Assembly (NCBI GenBank): GCA_965223265.1
Contig: OZ244999.1
Span: 2,560,001-2,624,000 of the forward strand
Direction: 5' to 3'
From: Planctomycetota bacterium
GTDB taxonomy: Bacteria > Planctomycetota > UBA8108 > SXIK01
Length of the DNA stretch: 64,000 bases
Below, piece by piece: positions 49,001-60,180 of this stretch; positions within the stretch are counted from its first letter, which is position 1; each line of letters opens with the position of its first letter. Below the pieces are notes generated by a model. That model did no database searches and was not told the origin of the DNA. It saw only the letters and a list, made by a program, of their open reading frames with translations. A program made the position numbers and the translations under genes.

Positions 49001-50014
49001 ATGGCAGGCACATCCAGTACACGTCTTTCCGGGCTCCGAGAGCAGGATCGAGAGTTCTTCGACCGCGAGCTTGCCTCCTTTCTGCCGGAGCGCGTTTTTG
49101 ACGCCCACACGCATCTCTTTCTTCACGCCGATGTTGGCTGGAAGATCGCGGGCTCTGATCGCGACGTGGGACTCGCAGAGTATCTCGATCTGAGCGAGGA
49201 TCTCCATCCCGGCCGCCAAAAAGCCGCATTGTTCATACCGTTTGCTACTCCGGAGCAGCCCGAGCGACGCATACGAGCCAACGAGTGGGTAGCCGAGCAG
49301 ATCCGTGGCCAGTCCGCCTTTCGAGGCCTCTTCTTTATCACGCCGCAGGACGACCCCGAGTGGGTGCGAGCGCAAGTGCGCCGACTGGGCCTCGTGGGTC
49401 TGAAGTGCTATCACACCTACGCTGCGGTGACACCGACGTGGGAGGCCGCGATCCCGGAGTTTCTTCCCGAGCCGATCGTCAAGGTGGCGCACGAGGAAGG
49501 CTGGGTGATTACACTGCACATGGTGAAGCGGCGTGCCGCCGCGGATCCGGAGAACATTCACTGGATCCGGCACTACTGCGAACGCTACCCTGGCATGAAG
49601 CTGATCCTGGCGCACTCAGCGCGCGGGTTTCAACCAGCGCACAACCTGGAAGGCTTGCCCCAGCTCGCTGGCCTCGACAATCTCTACTTCGACACCAGCG
49701 TTAACTGCGAGCCGGTCGCGCACCAGGCGATCATTCGTCATTTTGGCCACGAGAAGCTTCTCTATGGAACGGACCTTCCCGTTAGCCATGAGCGGGGGCG
49801 GTCCCTGGCGGCGGCGGACTCGTTCGTCTGGCTCTACGAAGCGACACCGGTTTGGGGCGAGCGACATCTGAAGATTGACCCGGTGCTCGTGGGGCTCGAG
49901 CACCTGAGATCGATCAAGTGGGCTTGCTGGTCGGAGCGCCTTTCCGATGGTCAGGTCGAGGACATCTTCTGGAACAACGCCGCCGCTTTGTTGGGCGTCG
50001 AAGCCATAAAATGA
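49001..50014 (+). CDS. Amidohydrolase family (TIM-barrel metallohydrolase)
   Basis: FDAHTH, GLKCYH, ITLH, LILAH, LYFDTS, LLYGTD motifs. Confidence 0.9.
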   Translation: MAGTSSTRLSGLREQDREFFDRELASFLPERVFDAHTHLFLHADVGWKIAGSDRDVGLAEYLDLSEDLHPGRQKAALFIPFATPEQPERRIRANEWVAEQIRGQSAFRGLFFITPQDDPEWVRAQVRRLGLVGLKCYHTYAAVTPTWEAAIPEFLPEPIVKVAHEEGWVITLHMVKRRAAADPENIHWIRHYCERYPGMKLILAHSARGFQPAHNLEGLPQLAGLDNLYFDTSVNCEPVAHQAIIRHFGHEKLLYGTDLPVSHERGRSLAAADSFVWLYEATPVWGERHLKIDPVLVGLEHLRSIKWACWSERLSDGQVEDIFWNNAAALLGVEAIK

Positions 50015-50097
50015 TCGCTTGAGTCGGTGCTGCGATTGCATGAGCGGTTGTATCAATGAGTGAATGACCGAGGCTGCGTCGACGGACGAAGGACACC

Positions 50098-50853
50098 ATG
50101 ACCAACGAATTTCACGATCGTGTTGCGCTTGTCACTGGGGGATCGAGAGGTATCGGCCGCGCTATCGCTCTGCGTCTAGCGCTTGAAGGAAGCCACGTCG
50201 CCGTCAGTTATGCCAATCGTCGGGAGCCCGCCGCAGAAGTCGTGCGGGAGATCGAGGCGCTCGGGCGGCGTGCGGTCGACGTCCGCTGTGATGTGTCCCA
50301 GCCCGATCAGGTCGAAGCGATGGTTTCCCTGACGCGCTCGAAGCTCGGCCCTGTCGATTTTCTCGTTCACTCCGGCGCGATTTCTTCGGTGAGCGATCAC
50401 AACGAGCTCACGCTCGACGAGTGGAAACGAATGATTGACGTCAACCTCACGGGAACTTTTCTCGTCGTTCGAGCCGTGAAGGACGAGATGGTGGAGCGCG
50501 GCTATGGTCGAATCGTCGTGCTCGCTTCGGTCGCAGGACTGAGAGGGCGGGCGCACCAGGCTGCCTACTCCGCGTCGAAAGCTGGAGTGATCGCGCTGAC
50601 TCGGTGCTGGTCCGATGGCTTGGCACCGCACAACGTACGCTTCAATGCGATTGCGCCTGGCCTCATCGAGACGGAGATGGTGCACACTCTTTCGGACGAA
50701 GAGATTGCCGAAAAGGTGAGTCAGACACCGCTTGGCCGGATTGGCGAGCCGGATGACATCGCCGGCCTGGCACGTTTCCTTCTCAGCGATGACTCTAACT
50801 TCATCAGTGGTCAAACGCTCGTCGCCAGTGGTGGGCGGGTGCATTTGCCTTGA
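50098..50853 (+). CDS. SDR family NAD(P)-dependent oxidoreductase (FabG-like)
   Basis: TGGSRGIG, YSASK, NAIAPGLIET. Confidence 0.93.
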   Translation: MTNEFHDRVALVTGGSRGIGRAIALRLALEGSHVAVSYANRREPAAEVVREIEALGRRAVDVRCDVSQPDQVEAMVSLTRSKLGPVDFLVHSGAISSVSDHNELTLDEWKRMIDVNLTGTFLVVRAVKDEMVERGYGRIVVLASVAGLRGRAHQAAYSASKAGVIALTRCWSDGLAPHNVRFNAIAPGLIETEMVHTLSDEEIAEKVSQTPLGRIGEPDDIAGLARFLLSDDSNFISGQTLVASGGRVHLP

Positions 50854-50855
50854 TC

Positions 50856-51755
50856 ATGCCGCGAGACAGAGACCAAAGTCGGCAGATACCGGGCGTCGAC
50901 AGGAACTACCGTGCCAGCGGCGAGCACATCCAGCAGTCGGCAGTGGCATGGTGTTTCGCTCTCACCGATGACGGCAGCCCAGCAATGACTGCCTCAGAGC
51001 TCGCCAGCCTCGCGAAGCGACTTGGCATGAAGTCTGTCGAGATGGTGCCACCGGAGAGCTTCGGGACCATTCGCGCCGCCGGTCTTGACTGCGCCTTGGC
51101 ACCGATCGACATGAGCCCCGATCCTCCGTTCGTCAAAGGATTCAACAACCCTGCGTATCAAACTCAAGTCATTGAGGCAACACGCGAGTCCATCGATGCG
51201 TGCGCCGCCTTCGGATTCCCGGCGGTGATCGCCTTCACTGGCTACAACGCGGTCGACGTCGATGATCCGGCCAGCGGCCTCATTTCTCGCGACGAGGGTC
51301 TAACCCATTGCGTTCACGGGTTGAAGAAGATTGTCGGCTACGCGGAGGAGAAGGGGGTTGCTCTCATGCTCGAAATGCTGAACAGCCGTGATGCGTCGCA
51401 CCCCATGAAAGGCCACCCGGGCTACCAAGGCGATGACCTTGAGTACTGCGTGGAGGTGATCAAGAGGGTCGGATCCCCGAACCTCAAACTACTCTTCGAC
51501 ATCTATCATGTACAAATCATGCACGGAGATGTGATCCGGCGGATCGAGGAGCTTCAAGAGTTCATCGGGCACTATCACACTGCGGGCGTGCCCGGACGCG
51601 GTGAGCTCGATGATCAGCAGGAGCTCAACTACGGAGCGATCATGCGAGCCATCGTCGCTACCGGATACGACGGCTACGTCGGGCAAGAGTTTATTCCGAC
51701 GTGGGGGGACAAAGTGGCCTCATTGGCACATGCCGTGAAAGTTTGCGACGTCTAA
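50856..51755 (+). CDS. Hydroxypyruvate isomerase-like TIM-barrel protein
   Basis: LEMLNS, HPMKGHPGYQGD, LLFDIYHVQIMHGD, HYHTAGVPGRGE, VGQEF. Confidence 0.9.
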   Translation: MPRDRDQSRQIPGVDRNYRASGEHIQQSAVAWCFALTDDGSPAMTASELASLAKRLGMKSVEMVPPESFGTIRAAGLDCALAPIDMSPDPPFVKGFNNPAYQTQVIEATRESIDACAAFGFPAVIAFTGYNAVDVDDPASGLISRDEGLTHCVHGLKKIVGYAEEKGVALMLEMLNSRDASHPMKGHPGYQGDDLEYCVEVIKRVGSPNLKLLFDIYHVQIMHGDVIRRIEELQEFIGHYHTAGVPGRGELDDQQELNYGAIMRAIVATGYDGYVGQEFIPTWGDKVASLAHAVKVCDV

Positions 51756-51943
51756 GCGAGTCACACGGCGCTGTGATCGGAAGCATCGCAGAGAATATGT
51801 ACGACTCGGCGGAGATTTATACGCCCGGTCGATTGCTACTCCACTTGTTCAGAAAGTGGCGCTTCTTCACTTCACTTAGAGTTTGGCCGTTTCGTGTCGG
51901 CGCGGAAAGGTTCGCCACGATCCACTGCTCCTTCGCACCCAAG

Positions 51944-53293
51944 CTACACCTTGTCTGGCTCCGGGTGCACCCATGGTTGGCGGTATGGTCGCCGCAGCAA
52001 TCGGTTGGCTTCCGCATCGCCCGCGATCTGACCACCGGCAACATCCCAGGCCAGCGTACGGCCAAGCTGCATTGACAGGTTCGCAAGGATGCAGCTGGTG
52101 CTAGAAATGAAACCCTCTTCGACGTCCGCTACAGGTCGTCCTCGAGTCGCAATCGCATCGAGGAAGTTTTGCTGGTGGCGGCGATTTGCAGGCGCGGTGT
52201 CGGCGTCGAGGCCTTTCTCTTTCTGGTCTTGCGGAAACTTGTCGAACTCACGCAGGATTTCACCGCGAATCGACTTCCCGTCCCCATGCGGTATGAAATC
52301 CCAACTGTTGACGCTCGCTTTCAGTGTCCCCTTGTCGCCGTAAATGAACGCTGCCCATGGGTACTCTGGGTCGGGTGCGTGCCCCCAACTGCGATGGGTC
52401 CAGACGACGTCGTAGTCGTCGAACTCGAAGGTGGCCACTTGGGTGTCAGGGATGTTCGCACGACTCTTCTTGTCGACGAGAATTCCTCCCGACGAGGAAA
52501 TGCGTCGCGGCCAACGAAGGTCGAGCATCCAACGCACCATGTCAAGCATATGGACGCACATGTCCCCCATGATGCCGTTGCCGTATTCGACGAACGCGCG
52601 CCAACGCAGCGGATGGACGAGTGAGTTGAAAGGTCGCATGGGCGCCGGCCCCGTCCACATCTCGTAGTCGAGGTGCGGCGGTGGTGCCGTGTCCGCCGGC
52701 GCTTCACTGGCTCGCATGTGATAGTAGCAGCAGATCTCTACATGGCCGATCGTCCCGAGACGCCCGGACTTGATGATTTCGTCAACGGCGCGCACGAGGT
52801 GCGGCGTGCTGCGGCGCTGCGTGCCGATCTGAACGACGCGCCCGTGCTTGCGTGCCGCCGCCAGGATTGCCTGACCTTCGACTACGTCGACGCTGATCGG
52901 CTTTTGCAGATAAACGTCGGCGCCGGCCTGCATCGCGGCGATCGCGGGCAGCGCGTGCCAATGATCCGGCGTTCCTACGATCACGATGTCGAGGTCCTTC
53001 TCCTTGAGCATGTCGCGATAGTCGGAGTAGGTACGCGGGCGATTGCGGCTTTGGTGCCACCCCGAGGCACGCGTTGCGGCTTCGTCCAGCATTTTTGAAT
53101 CGACGTCACAAAGCGAGACGACCTCCACAGGTGCCATCTGCGTGAGCGCGTAGAGGTCTGTCTTGCCGTACCAACCGCAGCCGATGAGTCCGACGCGTTT
53201 GGAGTTTTCCTTGCCGGCAGCGAACGCACGTTGACCCAGAGTCGAGTACGCCGCTGCGGCGATGCTCGTGCGAAGGAATTCGCGACGCTTCAT
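51944..53293 (-). CDS. Tat-exported Gfo/Idh/MocA oxidoreductase
   Basis: MKRREFL; VGLIGCGWYG, TPDHWHA, DVYLQKP, GDMCVHMLD. Confidence 0.93.
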   Translation of the reverse strand: MKRREFLRTSIAAAAYSTLGQRAFAAGKENSKRVGLIGCGWYGKTDLYALTQMAPVEVVSLCDVDSKMLDEAATRASGWHQSRNRPRTYSDYRDMLKEKDLDIVIVGTPDHWHALPAIAAMQAGADVYLQKPISVDVVEGQAILAAARKHGRVVQIGTQRRSTPHLVRAVDEIIKSGRLGTIGHVEICCYYHMRASEAPADTAPPPHLDYEMWTGPAPMRPFNSLVHPLRWRAFVEYGNGIMGDMCVHMLDMVRWMLDLRWPRRISSSGGILVDKKSRANIPDTQVATFEFDDYDVVWTHRSWGHAPDPEYPWAAFIYGDKGTLKASVNSWDFIPHGDGKSIRGEILREFDKFPQDQKEKGLDADTAPANRRHQQNFLDAIATRGRPVADVEEGFISSTSCILANLSMQLGRTLAWDVAGGQIAGDAEANRLLRRPYRQPWVHPEPDKV

Positions 53294-53533
53294 AAGTCAG
53301 TGTCCTTTCTCTGTTTTCGTGTTCAAGCCGATCTCGTCTGGCCTGAGTGCGATGTTATGGTATCCGGGGTGTGGCCGCGAAGTCGCCTGCGTGGCAGAGG
53401 AAAACCACGCCTGTCGCGAAAAAGGTCCAAACAAATGCGCCGGCCTGGCCGTCTAGAGGTTGTGGGCACGAAGTCGGGGCGAGCGAACCGCGTCAATGAA
53501 CCATCGTTCGAAGTTGTAGTGAGAGCGTAGACC

Positions 53534-56500
53534 ATGAAGTTTCAACCACTTAGCGTTGTCGGGGTGTGCTGGGTCGCAGCCTGTTGGACCATCGTCTCGT
53601 GGAGCTCTGGGGCCTGCAGTGCCGGCGAGAGTGCTGCCCAGAATCCAAACGAGATCGGTTTCGTGGAGGAGTTCGCTCTTGCCGAGGACCGCGCCAAGGC
53701 GCTGGAACAGCTCACCCCGGGCACGCGCGACTACTACTATTATCACGCCCTACACCTCCAGAACAGCGGCCAGCTCGACGAGGTCGATCGTTTGCTCGAG
53801 ACGTGGATCAAGCGCTACAAGCGTACTGGGCGCGTCGTCGAAATTGAGAGCCGTCAAGCTTTGCTTCGTTACCCAGAAGACCCGGAGGGGGCCTTGGCCT
53901 ACCTACGTCGTCAACTCAATCTGCGCTTCGATCACCAACGCGAAGTTGAGGACAAAAAGCGCCAGCTGCCGACAACGCTCGATCAAGGACTGATCAGCCG
54001 CGAGACGTTGACGCGGCGAGCACTCGCCGGCCATCGCGGCACGCTCGACGGCTTCGAGACGCGTGCCTTGGAGTGGACCGCGAGCCGTGGGCTGTCACCA
54101 CAGCGGCGACGTGATTTGCTGTCGCGACTCCAGCGTCCTGATCTTGACGGCCTTCCTCGACTTGTCGTCGACGACCTGAACCAGCGCGGCAGCCGCGGTT
54201 TCGGTGCGCACGGGATCCATCGTGCGCTTCTTCAGAGCCAGCTCGAGGAGTGTGTGCGGCTGAAGCCTGAGCTGCTCAACGACGCCAGGTTCGTCGGCGT
54301 CTATCTGACGAAGCTACGTCCGAAGCCGGATCTCAACTGGCGGCAGGATCCCGGCGTGCGAGAGGCGTATTTCGATCGGTTGTGGGAGTTCGTCTCGCGC
54401 CTGAGCGAAGGTCACAACTCGCTCAAGGCGAACGTGCTCTATCACCGGCTCATTCACGACCGCAGTCAAGGCGAATACAACAAGGGGCGATTCTTGACCT
54501 ATTTGCGGCTGCCGCGCCACGCGCCCTACGTCAACCCACGGTACCTGAAGGCACGGGAACACCGAGGTCACGGCGCCGACCTGAGTGCGGACTTTCGTCA
54601 AGCGTCGCTTTTGCCGCCGATTGGTAGTGATGAACCGCTGGTGCGGAGTTTTCTCGAGCACTTTTTCCTCACCGACGACAACTACCGTGAGTACGCCCAG
54701 TATCTGCGCGACGACTACGTCAAGCGCCGCTTCGCTGAGACGAAGATTCTCGCCGGCATAGGGGACATGGAAAAGTGGTACTCCATGGTGCCGCCAGGGG
54801 ATCTGCAGCGCCTCAGGGAGCGCGTCGATCTCGATTTTGCGTACACGAAGAAGTCAGTTTTCGATCCGGACGCGCAGGTGTCGTTCGATCTTTACGTCAA
54901 GAACGTCTCGACTCTGATCGTCAAGGTGTTCGAGATCAATACGCTCAACTATTACCGCTCGAGACGCAGCGAGGTCGACACCGCGATCGACCTCGACGGA
55001 CTGGTGGCGAATACCGAAGAGACTTTTACGTACCGCGAGCCGCCACTTCGACGTATTAGGCGGCACTTCGAGTTTCCGAGCTTGGGTCGCCGCGGTACGT
55101 ACGTGATCGAGTTCATCGGCAACGGCAAAAGCAGTCGTGCGCTCGTGCGGCGTGGGCGACTAACCTTTCTGGAGCGAAGCAGCGAAGCGGGACATATCTT
55201 CACGATTCTCGACGAGTCGAATCGCCCTTTACCGAACGCGCGACTGCTCCTCGGTGGGCAAGAGTACGCGGCGGGAAAAGACGGTGAGGTTGTCGTGCCG
55301 TACTCGAACGAGCCGGGTAGACGCCCGATCGTTCTCGTCGACGATGGCTTCGCATCCCTGCATCACTTTGAGCACAAGTCAGAGGCGTATCGGCTCGAGG
55401 CGGGCATCTACGTCGATCGCGAGGCGCTGATTCGTCGCGGCGAGGCAACCGTGGTCGTACGACCTTCCCTGACCCTCAATGAAACCCCTGTCACGCTTTC
55501 GGTTCTTGAAGATGTCAAGCTAATGGTCTCCTCGACGGACCACGACGGCATCAGTTCGCAAACGGAGGTCAAAGATTTTAAGCTGTTTGAGGACCGTGAA
55601 TCGTCGTTTACGTTTCAGGTGCCGGATCGCCTGGCGCTGGTACAGCTTCGACTCGAGGCCCGAGTCGAGAACGTCAGCGCGAGCGAGCGTGAAACGCTCA
55701 CCGTGGAAAAGAGCTTCGCCCTCAACGGGATCGACACGACGAAGAACATTGACGCGCTTCACCTCGGCTTCGTCGAGGGAGAATACGTACTTGACCTCCT
55801 CGGCAAGTCGGGGGAGGTTAAGGCGCATCACGCCGTCTCGATCACCGTGAAGCACCACGACTTTCGCGACCCGCTCGTCGTCGCCCTTGAGACCGACGCT
55901 GACGGCCGTGTCCAGCTCGGAGAGCTACGTGGCATTGAGTGGGTCGCCGCCGAGGGGCCGGACGGCCAAGATCGACGTTGGCGTCTTAGCAGTGACCAGA
56001 GCCTTGTCCCGACGACGATCCACGGTGTTGCTGGCGAGACCGTGCTCGTGCCGTATATGGGGCCAGCGACGCGTCCTCAGCCGGCCGAGTTTTCTCTCCT
56101 CGAAGTGAGAGATGGGACGTTCGTGAGCGATCACTTCGCGGCGCTCTCACTCGGTGACGGGTTCTTGCGACTGCGTGGGCTTTCTGCTGGCGATTATGAT
56201 CTTCTCCTCAAGGGGAGCGGACAGCGGACTTCGATTAGGCTGACGAAGGGGAAAGTAGAGCATGGCTATGTTTTGTCTCCGTACCGTCGATTGTCTATAC
56301 GAAGGCAACAGCCGCTGCAGATCTCGAACGTCGACGTCACCGCCAACAAACTCAACGTTCGACTCCAGAATGCGACGCGCTACGCGCGTGTCCACGTGGT
56401 GGCGACTCGCTATATCCCAGACTATAGAATCTTTGATTCTCTTGGTGCGGTTTCACTTGCACCCGTGCAGGGCTCCGTCGTCTTCAGGCCGGAGACGCAG

Positions 56501-59500
56501 TACGTCACAGCGCGCGACATCGGTGACGAGTATCGCTACGTACTGGAGCGCCAGCATGCCACCAAGTTTCCGGGAAACCTGCTTGCTCGGCCGAGTCTGC
56601 TCCTCAGTCCTTGGGATCTTCGCTCGACTCAGACCGGGGTGCAAATGGGAGTGGAGGGAGAATCTCTCCGGCGCGAGGCTGTGCCAGCATCGGAAGCCGC
56701 GGTAGCGAGCACCGACGCGTTGGCCTCTGCCGCTCGTTCGCAAACGGAAGCGTACGTCAATCTCGATTTTTTGGGCGAACCGACTGCTGTCATCGAGAAT
56801 CTACGCGTCGGGGAAGACGGCGTCATCAGCGTGCCACGCGAGAAACTCGGAAGCGGGCAGCATATTCACATCATCGCTATCGACCCTGAAAACACGATCT
56901 ATCGTCACGTCTCGGTGAGTGAGAACGACGCGAGTTTTAGGGATTTGCGGCTGGCGAACCACCTGGATCCCGAGAAACACTTCACCGAACAGAAACTGAT
57001 CAGCGTCATCGAAAAGGGTGTCGAATTCACTCTCAGTGACATCACCACGTCAGATTTCGAAATCTACGACAGTCTCGCGAGGATTCATTCCCTCTTCACG
57101 ACTCTGACGAGCAACTCAACGTTGGTGGAGTTTTCCTTTCTGCTTCGGTGGCCGGAGCTCACGGACGACGAGAAAAGCGATCTCTATAGCCGCTACGCCT
57201 GCCACGAGCTGAATTTCTTTCTCTTCAAGAAAGATCCGGAGTTCTTCTCGACGGTCGTCCTGCCCAATCTTCGTAACAAGTATCACAAGACGTTTCTCGA
57301 CGAGTGGTTGATTGGCAGCGAACTGGAGGACTATCTGCAGCCCTGGGCTTACAGCCAGCTCAACATCGTCGAGCGGATTCTGTTGGCGCAGCGCATCGCA
57401 GCGGAGCGCGAACACGCACAGCGCCATGTTGAAGATCTGTACGATCTCGTGATTCCCGATGCCGGCCAACTAGAGCGTTTCTTCGACACGGGTATTCTCG
57501 GTCGAGCGCTTGACGTCGGCGGTGGCCTCGGAGTTGACGAGGTGAGAGAGGCACTGGGGAAGCAAAGAAGGCTGAAATCGAGGCTGGGGATGATGCGGCG
57601 GAGAGGGGCGCTTCAGGACGACGCAGTTGAAATGGAGGAGGAAAACCAGGAGGCGGGCGACCATGATCACGGCCACGAGCACGATGCGCCTGCCGCAGCT
57701 GCCCCTCAACAGGCAGAGGCGGCCGGGTTCTTCCAGAAACGCCTCGCGGGACGCGAGGTGTTGCGACAGCTCTACCGTAAACTCGACCAGACGCGTGAAT
57801 GGGCGGAGAACAACTACTACCGCCTACCGATCGAGCGGCAGAATGCCGAGCTCGTCACAGTCAACGCTTTCTGGCGTGACTTCGCTCGCCACACTGAGGG
57901 GACCCCATTCTTCTCAAGCCACTTCGCTGAAGCTTCGCGAAATTTCACCGAAATGATGTTCGCCCTCTCGGTTCTGGATCTCCCTTTCAAAGCTGGGGAG
58001 CACAAAACGGAAATCGCCGACGCAAGCTTCCAGCTCGATGCTGCAAGCCCTCTCGTGGTGTTTCACAAGCAGATCAAGGCAGCGGAACTGGCGGGTGAGC
58101 AGTCGCCCATTCTTGTGAGTCAGAATTTCTACCGCAATGGTGCTCGCTATCGCCATGAGGGCGGAGAGCGTGTCGATAACTACATCAGCGACGAGTTCCT
58201 GGTTCATACTGTCTATGGTGGCCACATCGTGGTCACCAATCCAACCTCCTCACGCCAGAAGCTGAACGTCCTACTGCAGATTCCGCGCGGTTCGCTACCT
58301 CTTTCGGCAGGAAGGCAGACTCGAAGCATCTCGATCGACCTGAAGCCCTACCGTACGTGGACTCACGACTACTTCTTCTACTTTCCCGCTGCAGGCGACT
58401 ACCCGCACTATCCGGTTCACATCGCCAAGGACGAAAAGCTCGTTGGTTTCGCTGCGCCGATGCAGTTTCGTGTACGCGAGCAACCGAGCCAGATCGATCG
58501 AGGGTCGTGGGACTACGTTTCCCAGCACGGCACCGAGTCGGAAGTCCTTGCCTTCCTCGAGGCGCACAATCTTGGACGGGTCCAGCTGGAACGCATTGCG
58601 TGGCGCATGCGTGACGCAGACCTTCACGCCAAAGTGCTATCGCACCTCCGCCAACGACATGTCTACAACGATGTTCTGTGGTCATATGGCCTCATGCATC
58701 GCCGACCGGCCGTGATTCGCGAGTTTCTCAGCCACTCGACAGCCTTCATTGGGCGAGTTGGTCGCGCCATCCAGTGCCAGCTCCTGAGCCTCGACCCTGT
58801 TGAACGCAAGACGTATCAGCACATGGAGTACTTGCCGCTGGTGAACGCACGCGCGCATCGGCTCGGCAGGTCTCGGACGATCCTTAACGATCGTTTTCAC
58901 CAGCAGTACGTGAACTACATGGCGGTCTTGTGCTATCGCCCAAAGCTGGGAGACGAGGATCTGCTCGGAGTTACATACTACCTCCTACTGCAGGATCGCA
59001 TAGAGGAAGCCGTTGCGTTCTTCTCCAGAGTCCGACCTCAGCGTCTGGCCGCCAAGATGCAGTACGATCTTGTCGACGCTTACCTCGGGTTATCCACCGA
59101 CAACTTGCGCCGGGCGCGTTCGGTCTGCGACCGATATCTCGACTATCCGGTCGAGCGTTGGCGTCAGCTGTTCACCGCCGTCAATACGCAGCTCGATGAG
59201 ATCGAGACGGGGCGAGCGGCCGAAGTTGTGGACGATAAGAGTCGAAGCCAACAGCAGACTCACCTGGCGGTAACCGAAGCGAGCTTTGAGTTCCAGGTGG
59301 AGGCGAAGCAGATCGAGCTCCGTTCTCAGAATCTTTCAAAGTGTACGATCAACTTCTACCTGATGGATCTCGAGCTTCTCTTCTCTCGCAGTCCATTCGT
59401 ACAGCAGAACTCGGATCGATTCTCGTACGTACGGCCCAACTTGACCCAGCAGAAGGAGCTGGACCCATCCAATCCCAACCATACCTTTCTCCTGCCGGAC

Positions 59501-59851
59501 CGCTTCCACAGCGCGAACGTCCTCGTCGAAGTCGTCGCCGGCGGTGTGCGGAAGACACAGGCCTACTTTGCCAATGCCCTCAACCTACAGATGGTCGAGA
59601 ACTACGCCCATCTGAAGGTCGTAGAGGAGGACTCCGGACGACCACTCGCCAAAGTCTACGTCAAGGTCTTCGCTCGCATGCGAGACGGAAGTGTTCGTTT
59701 CTACAAGGACGGTTACACCGACCTTCGTGGCCGGTTCGACTATGGCTCGCTGAGCACGGGCGAGATCAACAATGTCGATAAGTTCGCGCTCCTCGTTTTG
59801 AGCGAGGAGAGAGGAGCCGTCGTCAGAGAAGCCTCGCCGCCGCAGCTATAG
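53534..59851 (+). CDS. Very large (2105 aa) secreted conserved hypothetical protein
   Basis: Signal-peptide-like N-terminus, single long ORF, C-terminal FYKDGYTDLRGRFDY motif; function not assignable. Confidence 0.85.
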   Translation: MKFQPLSVVGVCWVAACWTIVSWSSGACSAGESAAQNPNEIGFVEEFALAEDRAKALEQLTPGTRDYYYYHALHLQNSGQLDEVDRLLETWIKRYKRTGRVVEIESRQALLRYPEDPEGALAYLRRQLNLRFDHQREVEDKKRQLPTTLDQGLISRETLTRRALAGHRGTLDGFETRALEWTASRGLSPQRRRDLLSRLQRPDLDGLPRLVVDDLNQRGSRGFGAHGIHRALLQSQLEECVRLKPELLNDARFVGVYLTKLRPKPDLNWRQDPGVREAYFDRLWEFVSRLSEGHNSLKANVLYHRLIHDRSQGEYNKGRFLTYLRLPRHAPYVNPRYLKAREHRGHGADLSADFRQASLLPPIGSDEPLVRSFLEHFFLTDDNYREYAQYLRDDYVKRRFAETKILAGIGDMEKWYSMVPPGDLQRLRERVDLDFAYTKKSVFDPDAQVSFDLYVKNVSTLIVKVFEINTLNYYRSRRSEVDTAIDLDGLVANTEETFTYREPPLRRIRRHFEFPSLGRRGTYVIEFIGNGKSSRALVRRGRLTFLERSSEAGHIFTILDESNRPLPNARLLLGGQEYAAGKDGEVVVPYSNEPGRRPIVLVDDGFASLHHFEHKSEAYRLEAGIYVDREALIRRGEATVVVRPSLTLNETPVTLSVLEDVKLMVSSTDHDGISSQTEVKDFKLFEDRESSFTFQVPDRLALVQLRLEARVENVSASERETLTVEKSFALNGIDTTKNIDALHLGFVEGEYVLDLLGKSGEVKAHHAVSITVKHHDFRDPLVVALETDADGRVQLGELRGIEWVAAEGPDGQDRRWRLSSDQSLVPTTIHGVAGETVLVPYMGPATRPQPAEFSLLEVRDGTFVSDHFAALSLGDGFLRLRGLSAGDYDLLLKGSGQRTSIRLTKGKVEHGYVLSPYRRLSIRRQQPLQISNVDVTANKLNVRLQNATRYARVHVVATRYIPDYRIFDSLGAVSLAPVQGSVVFRPETQYVTARDIGDEYRYVLERQHATKFPGNLLARPSLLLSPWDLRSTQTGVQMGVEGESLRREAVPASEAAVASTDALASAARSQTEAYVNLDFLGEPTAVIENLRVGEDGVISVPREKLGSGQHIHIIAIDPENTIYRHVSVSENDASFRDLRLANHLDPEKHFTEQKLISVIEKGVEFTLSDITTSDFEIYDSLARIHSLFTTLTSNSTLVEFSFLLRWPELTDDEKSDLYSRYACHELNFFLFKKDPEFFSTVVLPNLRNKYHKTFLDEWLIGSELEDYLQPWAYSQLNIVERILLAQRIAAEREHAQRHVEDLYDLVIPDAGQLERFFDTGILGRALDVGGGLGVDEVREALGKQRRLKSRLGMMRRRGALQDDAVEMEEENQEAGDHDHGHEHDAPAAAAPQQAEAAGFFQKRLAGREVLRQLYRKLDQTREWAENNYYRLPIERQNAELVTVNAFWRDFARHTEGTPFFSSHFAEASRNFTEMMFALSVLDLPFKAGEHKTEIADASFQLDAASPLVVFHKQIKAAELAGEQSPILVSQNFYRNGARYRHEGGERVDNYISDEFLVHTVYGGHIVVTNPTSSRQKLNVLLQIPRGSLPLSAGRQTRSISIDLKPYRTWTHDYFFYFPAAGDYPHYPVHIAKDEKLVGFAAPMQFRVREQPSQIDRGSWDYVSQHGTESEVLAFLEAHNLGRVQLERIAWRMRDADLHAKVLSHLRQRHVYNDVLWSYGLMHRRPAVIREFLSHSTAFIGRVGRAIQCQLLSLDPVERKTYQHMEYLPLVNARAHRLGRSRTILNDRFHQQYVNYMAVLCYRPKLGDEDLLGVTYYLLLQDRIEEAVAFFSRVRPQRLAAKMQYDLVDAYLGLSTDNLRRARSVCDRYLDYPVERWRQLFTAVNTQLDEIETGRAAEVVDDKSRSQQQTHLAVTEASFEFQVEAKQIELRSQNLSKCTINFYLMDLELLFSRSPFVQQNSDRFSYVRPNLTQQKELDPSNPNHTFLLPDRFHSANVLVEVVAGGVRKTQAYFANALNLQMVENYAHLKVVEEDSGRPLAKVYVKVFARMRDGSVRFYKDGYTDLRGRFDYGSLSTGEINNVDKFALLVLSEERGAVVREASPPQL

Positions 59852-60180
59852 GTTTGCGGCATATGGTCCTTTCGACGTCGAACCGCCGACTGCCGAAGCT
59901 CGCAAACGTACGACCAACAGAGACGACGACCTCAACAACTGGAAGGCCGGCGGCAAGAGACGCATGAGTGACGTTACTGTGAAGTACGCTTCGCGTTGGC
60001 GCCGCGTCTCGGGTGCGAATACTCACTCACCGTCCACCGTTGCTGCTCGCCATTTTTTGCAGGCACGGGCTCTGAATCTACGACGATTTCCTTCGCTTTC
60101 GTTTGAGGCACTCCCCACACTGGGGATGCTGGGGGGTGGCTAGGTGAACGCCTGAACACTTCCAGCCGGCTCACTCGGAG

